Shown piece by piece: positions 14,501-26,372 of a DNA stretch of 64,000 nucleotides; the first letter of the stretch is position 1, and each line of letters opens with the position of its first letter. The translations under genes were made by a program, and so were the position numbers. The notes beneath the pieces were generated by a model. It had not been told where the DNA came from and ran no database searches. It saw only the letters and a program-made list of their open reading frames with translations. Source of the DNA: Octopus bimaculoides (lineage: Eukaryota); contig NC_068998.1 in the NCBI RefSeq assembly GCF_001194135.2, positions 54,684,159 to 54,748,158 of the forward strand, written 5' to 3'.

Positions 14501-17500
14501 AGTGTTTAGCAATAGGAAGGGCATCCATTATAAAACCATCCGTTCAAAAGAACAAAAGAAAAAAATATCCTGCTCTTGGAAGAAAAAAAAAATCTTAATT
14601 TATAATTTTTAAGTATGATTCTGAATAACATATCCAGTTTTTATTTACAGAGATGACCAACCGCTGGAAAGTACGGATGGTGTGGATTTGTCTGAGTCTT
14701 GCTCTTTCAATACTTCTGATTCGAAAGCTTGGAGGCTAAATCTTAATGGGGAAAATGTCGACAAAGAACAACACCAAAAAACAGATGCTCCCAGAGATAT
14801 TATTGGTAAATCATTTAATGTTTAAACATTTCTGAAATCTAATTTAGTAAGTTACATCATCATCATCAGCAATTGGGGATGCAAGGTATTAGATAAAGGA
14901 CAGTAAAAAACGACTGTAATACAGGGTGGCCACAAGGTCTGGGTGCATGGAGTAAATAAAATCATAACATAAACAATTGAATATAAGAAATAATAATTTC
15001 TTAAAGTATGTGCTAATCCCCATGTACCCAGACTTTGTGGACACCCTGTACATTGTCATAATTTAATAATAATAATAATAATAATCCTTTCTACTGAAGG
15101 CACAAGGCCTGAAATTTTGGGGGAGGGGACTAGTTGATTACATCAAGTCCGGTGCGTAATTGGTACTTATTTCATTGACCTTGAAAGGATGAAAGGCAAA
15201 GTCGACCTCAGCAGAATTTGAACTCAAAATGTAGCAACAGAGGAAATACCACTAGGCATTTCACCCAACCTTAATAATAATAATGATAACAACAATAACA
15301 ACAACAACTTTAAAGATTATTTTTGCAGTTTTTCATTTTGTTAGAAACCAATTTATTCCATGCCCCCCCCCCTTCCAATCCATTTTACCGTCATTGCAAG
15401 TCTCTCTTGATCATTTTGCATGATGTGTTTTTACCTTTTGCATCCTCTTCTTACAAAGACAACATTTCAAGCATCCAATTGCCAGCGATATTATTAACTT
15501 GATTAAGTTCAGACCCTTTTTTTTCACTACCCTATTTTCATTTTTATGCATCCAGCAGATCATTCTTTACAGTTCTTCGAAATTATCCACCTTTGTTTTC
15601 TTTGTCATTTTCTTTTTTTCTTCTTTTTCTGTCCTTTTTTTTTTTGCGTTCCTTTTTGCTTTTTATGGTGGTACAGCACCACACAGTTCCTGATATATAA
15701 TACAGCAATACAAAGCTTTTTCCACGGAGCAAGAACACATTTGTCGTAAATAATGACAAATGTTCTTTTAACTGGTTCTGAACATCACTAACTTTATATT
15801 TATATATACATACATACATACATGTGTNNNNNNNNNNNNNNNNNNNNNNNNNNNNNNNNNNNNNNNNNNNNNNNNNNNNNNNNNNNNNNNNNNNNNNNNN
15901 NNNNNNNNNNNNNNNNNNATATATGTATATAATGTCTGCATGCATGCACAAACACACACACACAACTGTATAGTTGTGGTTTTGGAAATAAGCTAACTCA
16001 CTTATTTCACAGCAAATAGGGTTTTAACATCATTATGTGTTTGTGAAAACATTGGATTATCGTGTGCATTGTAGTGAGTTGATGTTTATCGCTCATTGAA
16101 ACACAAAGGTCTTTTGTTCGACCAATAATTTCCCAATGTTTCTAATAACAGCTTCAGGTTTTTATGAATACCAGTGGATTAACTTGAACGTTTCTTCACA
16201 ATGCTTCAGCCTTTACAAACCAAAGAATGGTTACCACTAAGTTGTCACTTGACCTGCTGCAAGTAGTGACCAAATCTCCCTCAAATCGCACCCTGCTGTC
16301 TTAAAAGAAGGATGTATTCATTGAGTTATATAATTCTAGGTATGATATGTCTGAACAAAAGAGGGGATGGCCAAAGCTGCTCTATCTTTGGTTTATAAGC
16401 CTTCAGTGCAGCATTGGGGCTAAACAACGACAACATCAGCATTTTCATGCTTTAGGTCATTGCCAGTGCCACCGGACTGGCTCCTGTGCACCTTTTGAGC
16501 ATGGTCGTTGCCAGAACCGCCAGACTGGCCCTTGTGTTGGTGGCACATAAAAGCACCCACTACACTCTTGGAGTGGTTGGCGTTAAGAAGGGCATCCAGC
16601 TGTAGAAACTCTGCCAGATCTGATTGGAGCCTAGTGCAGCCATCTGGCTCACTAGTTCTCAGTCAAACCGTCCAACCCATGCTAGCATGGAAAGCAGACG
16701 TTAAACAACGACGATGATGATGTTGGTATTTGGCTGTGGAGGTAATTATCAGGAATTGGAATGTGAACATTTTGGAATGAGACGATTAGGCACAGGTGAA
16801 TGGCCATTGGACCTGTTTTGGCAAAACTACTTTTTGGCATTAGCAGTAACCATACAGGTGCACATGGATAGAAATATACACATACAGATGGAGAGAGAGG
16901 GGGGAGGGAGAAAGGGAGTCATGTATATATATATAAACACATCTAGATGCTCAAACATATAGAGAGAGGGAAGGAGGGAGAGGGAGAGAAGAAGAGAGGC
17001 ATTGAAATAAGAGAAACGTTAAAAAATGTCTGATGGTAAATAAGTGATGCCAAATAGGCAGCACCAAAATGGCGGCACCAAACTGACTCATACTCTGGAC
17101 ATTTGACTTGTAATAACTAACTGCCTGCAACATCATATCTTCTTTTTAATGTTCTCCTTATTATAACCAATACTCTTGTAACTGGACGAATCTACCAATT
17201 CTTATTTGTCTATATAAACCTCATTCTGTGGAACGTAACTAATTCTGTATCAGGCATCATGGTCTGATTAACAAAAATATTCATTATTCATTCCCTTTTG
17301 CAATTATAATAAACGAAGGTCACAGTTTCAAATCCTGACTTCTTTACATGAGAAACTTGTATATTATGGTTGATTTTCCTCTCCAACCAAAGAGACTCCA
17401 GCCATGACTGTCCCGCCTTTTTTTTTTTTTTTTCTACAAGTGTAGAGGATCTGGTTTATTGAAATATTTTCTATCTCCTCTGCTTCTCTCAGGTGGTGTA

Positions 17501-19837
17501 GCTGCCTTGGAAGAGGAGTTCACAGATTCCACAGCCCTAAATGTATATCTAGAAATGGTTCTTCATCAAAAGGAAAAAGAGCTCAAAAATAAGAACAACT
17601 TCCAGAAAAACGACAAAAAAGTAAGTTTTTTATTTTACTTAAAAACACTTTTATTGTAAATAATAGATGCAGGCATGGCTGTGTGGTTAAGACGCTCACA
17701 TGGCAACTGTGTAGTTTGGGGTTCAGTCCCACAGTGTGGCACCTCAGATATTACCATCCTGTACACACTTTTCTGCTGCTCAACAACATGCATCTCAATT
17801 CCTTCAGCTTCTTTGGGGCCAATTTTGGACACTTTGTGAATTGCACCAACAACCACTACAACTATTTTTAAGTCCGGCACTTATTCTGTTGCCCCCTTTT
17901 TCCAAACTGCTGAGTTACAGGAATATAAACAAACAAACACCAGTTGCCAAGCACTGTTGGGGACACACATATATGACAGGCTTCCACACAGTTTTCGACT
18001 ACCAGATTCACTCACAAAGCTTTGGTCATCCCAGATCTCTAAGTTGAAGGCACTTGCCCTAGGTGCCATGCAGTGAGACTGAACCTGAGACCATGTGGTT
18101 GCAAAGGAAATGCCTTCACTTCATTGCCATGCTTGCACTTGTTCGTTCTTCTCTCCACTTTTATATCTGATTTCAATAATATGAAAGTGTGTCCAGAGAA
18201 ATTCCATAAAAATTCTTTTACACCCAGCCAGCCTCTGGCTCATCTTCACACCACCATTTTTTGTCACTTCAAATTCACTGACGACTTGGCTAACATCTTA
18301 ATAAACTCTTTAACTGACACAGCTATACCTGTATTATTTTTGTTATTTTAGTTTTAAATTATATTAATTATACATTAGAATGATTTGGGCTGTCAAACGA
18401 GGGATTAGTCCCAAGTGTTGCCTGGCATTAATTACCAGTCAAAACCAGTTTGCTTCATAGTTGCACTTGTTTGCTGGCAAATGATTTAATCTGAGTTCAT
18501 GTGTTGATATTGAAACAACTGCTGCTGAGAAGAATTCTGATGTCCATTTAAAACATCATCATCATGTGTCCATTGTCCATTCTGGCATGGGTTGGACAGT
18601 TTGACCAGGGCTAGCAAGCTGGAAGACTGTACCAGACTGTGGTCTGATTTGATATGGTTTCTACAGCTGGATGCCCTTCCTAATGCCAATGATTTCAAGG
18701 GTGTAATGGATGCTTTTATGTGCCACCAGCACAGGTGCCATTTGCACGATACCAGTATCTGCTATGATTAGAACTTCACTTGGCTTGATGGGTCTTCTCA
18801 AGCACAGCAAATTGCCAAAGGTCTCGGTCATTTGTCATTGCCTCCGTGAGGCCCAACACTTGAAAGGTACTTTTTATATGCCACTGGCTCGGGTACCAGT
18901 TATAAGGGTCAGCTATGACTATGATTTCAATTGGCTTGACAAGTCTTCTCAAGTACAGCATATTGCCAAAGGTCTCAATCACTAGTCATTGCCTCCATGA
19001 GGCCTAAAGTTCGAAGGTCATGCTTCACCACCTCGTTCCATGTCTTCCTGGGTCTACCTCTACCACAGGTTCTCTCCACAGTTAGAGATCGGCACTTCTT
19101 TACACAGATGTCCTTGTCCATATGTGAAGTCGACCTCGACAGAATGTGAACTCAGAACATAGCAGCAGGCGAAATACTGCTAAGCAATTCACCTGGCCTG
19201 CTAACGACTCTGCCACTGTGACACTAGCAGTGTCTTTTCATTTCCAACCTTCCATGAATAACCAGGTCTCGCAGGGAAATATTACCTTGCTTGGAAACAC
19301 CTCAATATATTCCATTCAACCCATGTAAACATAGAAAGTGGACATTAAAATGATGAGGTAAGATTTGGCTACTATTTCTTGCAGGTCAAACAGCACTGCA
19401 GAGACTCTTGCATTGTTTTTATGAGATTTTATCTTGTTATACATTTCTACCTGAAGGCTGTAGCCATTCTGGGGCACCACCAGAAGAATTTGATATGTCT
19501 ATATGCAATTTTTTATTTTTATTTCCCCACAGACAGAAAAAGAAAACCGATCATACAGCACCATGCTAGGGTGTAGCACTGGTAGCAAAGTGTCTCCTGG
19601 TGCCGTCACACAAGTGCCACAGCAATTACTGAAAGGTATACAGGCTGATGCTATAGAGAAATTACAAGCAATGTTGGAAGTTCAGTCTCCGGAAAAATGG
19701 ATTGCCGAAAACCAATGTGAGAAAATATGCGAAAGCATCGTGGAGATTCCTCAACAAGAAGTAACGTTAGATATTTGGGACTTTGCTGGTCAGGCTGTCT
19801 ATTATACCACACATCAGGTAGGAAGCTTTACTTAATT

Positions 19838-19876
<39 letters not shown>

Positions 19877-19898
19877 CACTACTACCACTACCACCAAC

Positions 19899-19948
<50 letters not shown>

Positions 19949-20632
19949 NNNNNNNNNNNNNNNNNNNNNNNNNNNNNNNNNNNNNNNNNNNNNNNNNNNN
20001 NNNNNNNNNNNNNNNNNNNNNNNNNNNNNNNNNNNNNNNNNNNNNNNNNNNNNNNNNNNNNNNNNNNNNNNNNNNNNNNNNNNNNNNNNNNNNNNNNNNN
20101 NNNNNNNNNNNNNNNNNNNNNNNNNNNNNNNNNNNNNNNNNNNNNNNNNNNNNNNNNNNNNNNNNNNNNNNNNNNNNNNNNNNNNNNNNNNNNNNNNNNN
20201 NNNNNNNNNNNNNNNNNNNNNNNNNNNNNNNNNNNNNNNNNNNNNNNNNNNNNNNNNNNNNNNNNNNNNNNNNNNNNNNNNNNNNNNNNNNNNNNNNNNN
20301 NNNNNNNNNNNNNNNNNNNNNNNNNNNNNNNNNNNNNNNNNNNNNNNNNNNNNNNNNNNNNNNNNNNNNNNNNNNNNNNNNNNNNNNNNNNNNNNNNNNN
20401 NNNNNNNNNNNNNNNNNNNNNNNNNNNNNNNNNNNNNNNNNNNNNNNNNNNNNNNNNNNNNNNNNNNNNNNNNNNNNNNNNNNNNNNNNNNNNNNNNNNN
20501 NNNNNNNNNNNNNNNNNNNNNNNNNNNNNNNNNNNNNNNNNNNNNNNNNNNNNNNNNNNNNNNNNNNNNNNNNNNNNNNNNNNNNNNNNNNNNNNNNNNN
20601 NNNNNNNNNNNNNNNNNNNNNNNNNNNNNNNN

Positions 20633-20702
<70 letters not shown>

Positions 20703-23700
20703 AAGACACTCGTTTCTGTCCTTCCTATTCATACTTTGACCTCTCGTCATTTGGCACAAAGCCACCTCCCTCAATACAACTATTTAGTAAAATAGCTTTG
20801 TCATTATTAAGTTGGTGTCTGGAACATAAGATTTTGAAGGTTTTTATTTAAATCACTTTAAATCAAGAAGTTTTTTTATGAGGGAAGGAAGCAGGGGTGG
20901 CCCTCAAGCTGGCTTGGTTACAAAAGGGTTAAAATGGTAGTCAGACTTTTGATTTCTAGATCTTAAAATGGTGACTGCCTGACTTTGTCACAATTGTTAA
21001 GAACAGCATGCTCTAAGATAAGGCATTCCAGCCATGACCATCCCATCTTTTGAAATGTTACATCATTGATAGGTATGATTTGTGACTGATTTGGTTGTTA
21101 TTTCCTAAAGTCAAGCAACTATGTAGAGGCTCCCTTGTTATCAGTGAGGGTGAGCGCTTAATTACATATCCGACTAACAAAGTTAATGTTCACCTTGAAT
21201 TACTCAGAGACAAACGGTAACTAGAAATGCCATATGGATTAAATGCGTTGTTCTGTCAACTTCATTCAAAAATTTGAATTCAATAGATTTAATAAATGGC
21301 ATTTAGACAGTTACCATAATGTAAATATCTATGTAAATTATATATAATTGCCAGTGCTGATGGTGTAATTAATATAGCTATTAATGAGGGCGGAGTTAAG
21401 TGGCAAATCAAACCACTTACAACTGATTACTTCAAATAACTTCCTGTAAATTCTCAAGAGATTTCTTTTAAATGTTAAGCATTGACAAAGAACCTAATTT
21501 TAATTACTAAGCATCGATAGAATTCTTTGTCTGATTTATTAAACATTTGTAGAGACTCGTACTTAATTAATAAATATTTATAGAGACTCCTAATTATATT
21601 CATTAAGAAACATTTATTGAAAATTTCAATCAATTGAAATATTGCTTAAACCAGTTGAGCTGAGTTGACAGTGTGTTGGCAACATTTGGTTAATGAGTTG
21701 ATGGTTTGTGTTGGCAACATTTGGTTAATGAGTTGATGGTTTGTGTTGGCAACATTTGGTCAATGAGTTGATGGTTTGTGTTGGCAACATTTGGTCAATG
21801 AGTTGATGGTTTGTGTTCTGTCTTTTGTCTTGGGCTGGAGACCATTCAGTGTTGTTATTATCGGTCGGAATATGCTTGAGGCACGTTTGAACTGGTGAAC
21901 AAGCTACTCACTGCATGTTTGTCATGGAAAATATACCCCGTTGGTTGACAGATGGTGTGTATACACCTAGATCAGCTCATAGCACCACCTACATAGACCA
22001 AAGAGGAGATAATCACTCTGAAATGCTTGCATCTTACAGTCTGGGTAGGTGGCGCTGTGAGCTGATCTAGGTGTATACACACCATTTGTCAACAAGCAAA
22101 ATATATTTTCTGTGTCTCAAGCATATTTGGATTGATAATAACATTACAATTTTACTTATCATTGCTAAGCACTCCCCCCCCACCCACCATTATTAACTGT
22201 TGTTGGGTCCAGTCTTTCGGCTGTAGATAAGCACCATGCTAGAGCACTGCATGATGGAGCTGTATTTTGTTAGTTTGCAATGTTTCATTTGAATTTCTCC
22301 CATCGTAGGTGAAACCTGGTGCAAGAAAGGCCCCGTACAAAACTGAATTTCCTTAGCCGTTTTGATGCCATTACATTTGAGATTGCTTTTGATTGGAAAC
22401 AAATATCTCTGCTTGTATGACAGTGCCTCTCATTTACAACAGCTATCACATAATGTCAAGACACAAACACACATACACTCATACTCACATATATACATAC
22501 ACTGTATACATGCACACACACAGAGTAGGCTTCTTACAGTTTCTGTCTACCAAATCCACTCGTAATTCTTTGGTCAGCCTGGGGCCATAGTTGTAGACAC
22601 GGTCCAATCTCCCATACAGTGGGACTGAACCCTTAACCTTGTGTTTGGAAAGTCAGCTTCTCAACCACACAGCCATTCCCATCTCCCTAATTAATCAATT
22701 TACTCTGCCATGTCCTGTAAATTGTTATGTAAATTAGAACAACCATTCTCCTCCTTCTCACATACAGACTGATTCACATTCATGAACTTTGCCACATTTC
22801 TATAACCCTAAACGACCCATCTGCTTTTATAGCCACTGGACACACTGTCAAGATGTGTTCACGTCTTTATAAAATCTTCAGTTTCTTAATGACATTTAAC
22901 TTTTTTTTTTCTCTTTATTCTAAAATAAAATTCCTGTTTTCTTTTTTCAGTTATTTTTCGTTTTTCCTAAAGACCTTTGATTCTCCTTTAACATTAACCT
23001 TCAGCCTCTAAGCAAAGATTTCTTACCAATTACTATTTTTTCAAAGTTCTTTTTCTGTTTCTTTTTTCCTTTCTCTAAACTATTTCTCTGTGCTTAGCTC
23101 CATGCTTCCTTGCCATATTCTTGCTTCTTGAGGACTCTTATTCCAACTATGCAATCACTGTGTATTTTCCATTTTTTATTTAAATACTTTTGTATTTTTT
23201 TTTTCCTATGGTTCACTATAAGCAATCAGTTTTTCCACATCTCTATTATATGTCACAATCTTACTTACGTAAGCTTTTTCCTTTTCTCCATTTCTCCATA
23301 AATTACAGCTGTTCGGTTATGATAGTTGATATCTCTTGTTTGCAATAATCTCTTGATATTCCATCCAATTATAAAGACAATAAAAATCTCTTTTGCTCTC
23401 TCAAGATAAACGAGTTCACTGCAGATCTAGAAATGGTAATAGGTGGAACTGGCACGAAGGTAGTGCAAGCAAATCCAAAGACCCAGTTTTTTTATCATAT
23501 GACAGTGTTACAACTACTACTACCACCACCACCACCACCACCACCACCATTTAATAATAATGATGATGATGATAATGATAATAATAATAAAAAGGAATTA
23601 GAACCCTGAATGGATGAAAGGCAAAGTTGATTTCAGTGGAATTTGAACTCAGAACACAGAGACGAACAAAACGCTGCTAAGCATTTTGCCCTGTTTTCTC

Positions 23701-26330
23701 TTGATTTATTATTGACTCGTTGTTACTGGGACAGAAGTAAGTTAGTTGTGAAGGCACATGGCTCAGTGGTTTGGGTATTTACTTCATGATCATAAGGCCA
23801 CGAGTTCAATTCCCGATGGTGCCTTGTGTCCTTGAGCAAGACTCTTTATTTCACCCTGTGCCAGTCCGCTCAGCTGGCAAAAGTGAATTGTGTCTGTAAT
23901 TCAAAGGGCCAGACTTATCACTTTCTCTGTCATGCTGAATCTCCCTGAAAACTACATTCAGGGTAGACACAGGTCTGTGGAGCACTCAGCCACTTGCACT
24001 TTAATTTCATGAATAGGATGTTCCATTGATTGGACCAACTGGAATCCTTATCTTTGTAACCAACTGCATGCAAGTGTTTTTAAGCTAGGTGACTTTAAAT
24101 GAATTACCACTGTTTTTGGTACTCTGCATGAATTTAACATTTTCCCATATTTATAGCAAATCTCTTCTATTCTTGAAGGAAGACCAGACTGTTGAGAACA
24201 TGTCCAATCTGGGTTACATAGATTATTGGATGAAGTCTATCCATGCTCATTCAGCAGAGAGTACTAAGAACACAATCACAAACTCCACACTCTCACCACC
24301 AATGTTTATAGTCGGCACTCATCGGAACAGCTTAAACGATGACCAAGACATCCTGAAACAGATGGTAAGTTTAGTTTTTATTTTGTTGTTGTGTCTAAGA
24401 AAATGGATCACTTCCCAACTCTGTAAGAGTCTCTTATCAGATCAGAGTGATGGAAACTGTCACTCAACTTGAGTGACACTCAAAACGCCAAGCTTTGACA
24501 AATACCAAATAAGTATAAAATGGAAACATCTGCGGACGGAATGTTGGTTCTATGCCACGCATGTTTGCCTCATTCTTGTTTCGGTATTTGGGAGTAATGC
24601 CATATTTTAATAGCTTGTGTTGATCAAATGTGGAAGATGCATGGCCAAGGGATTAATAGGACTTGGCTTTGATTCTCAGAGAAGGAAATGCATCTTTGAG
24701 CAGAAAACTTAATCCTTTAGCATTTAATCCGGACATATCTGGCCCAAATATTCTATCTGTTTTATATTAAAATTGACCACATCCAACCTCTCACACCTAC
24801 CCTACAGTACCATTTTAAAAATATACAAACAAACTAATTGAAATGTTGAAGCTACAAAATAATGCTTGATTGATTCAAAACAATCTCAATTAATAAGCAA
24901 ACATTTGACAAAGATGGCGAAATGGCAGAGTGGTTAGCAAGCCGGACGAAATACTTAGCAGTATTTTGTCTGTCTTTACATCCTGAGTTCAAATTCTGCC
25001 GAGGTTGACTTTGCCTTTCATCCTTTCAAGGTCGATAAATTAAGTACCAGCTGTGTACTAGGGTCGATCTAATTGACTGGCCCCTTCCCCCAAAATTTCA
25101 GGCTTTGTGACTAGAGTAGAAAAGAATACATGTGATAAAAAAATCTGAATGTTAAAGGTTCGAATTTCAAGATGTGGATGGTCTTGGATCTAGACAACTC
25201 TTTGTTGCTAAATGCAAACAGCAGCAAAGGTGCTGCCTTCAGATTAGCGGCTGCTTAGAATCCAATAAAGTAAGGAGGTTGTATTTCTGCAAGCATCTAT
25301 AAATGTTCAACATAATGTTCCACTTTTTAATCTGAATGGGAGACTGGAAGATTTTGTCGTTTTTACTTTATGTAAACTACTGCTGTGTCTTTAATTGTCC
25401 TTGTACTGTCCCCAGTGTTTTGGCTCTTGTGGCCAAATCATTGTTCCTGTGGAAGAAATTGTTGTGGTTGTTGTTGATATTATTTTCAAAATATCTTGCT
25501 GTATTTTGCAGGTGAAGGAGAAGTTCAATGCCCTGGAGGAATTTCTAATTGGGAAACCTTATTATAAACACATAATAAAGCCATTCTTTGCTGTTGAAAA
25601 CTACGGCAGTGAGGATGAAGAGGATGTACAGGTTTGAGCTCTTCAGGAAGACATTCATAGGGAAAAAGCTTTCAAAATCAGAATACATGTGTTAATATAT
25701 TGCATAGATTATTTATGTGTGTCTGTGTGTCCATGTGTCTGCGTGTTTGTGTGTGTGTGTCTGAGTGTCCGTTCTGCGTCCATACCTAATGCTCCAATTG
25801 CCACCAGTATCACCATTACTTTCCTCATGCCCCATAACTTTCCTATTGCGTCTCGCAGTGGCTGGTATTTCTCACTCTTTTCTGGGTTTTATTACTATTA
25901 TAAGACTCACAGCTTATTTTACTGGGTAAAATGGAAAGTGTCAGCTGTCCACAGCCAGCAGACTAAGCTGACACTTGTTTACTGGTCAGGCTTCAAGAAC
26001 TCTGCAGAGAATTCTTGCAGTTACAATTATTATGATTATGATTATTATTATTATTATTTTTCATTATTATTTATAATACTTTTTGATTTTTAGATTTGTC
26101 TCTTACGTGAACATATCCAGAAAGTGGCTCTTCAGGAACCATACATGGGAGAAAAAATCCCCACAAGATGGTTACAGTTTGAAGACATAATTAATCAGCT
26201 AATTGACAATTGTAATAATTATGCAAGTATAGACCAGGTAGGTGATTAAGTTCTACATGCTTAGCACCTTTAATTCATTATGCAAAATCACAGCATTCAG
26301 CAAAGGAGAAGCTTCAGTTATTAATCCAAA

Positions 26331-26372
<42 letters not shown>

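Noticed and set aside
21673-21817. 35-bp direct repeats of CRISPR-like length
   Set aside because: Units are contiguous with no spacers, and the context is a eukaryotic intron.
24913-25000. tRNA-like A and B boxes
   Set aside because: No cloverleaf; they are heads of multi-copy SINEs, not tRNA genes.
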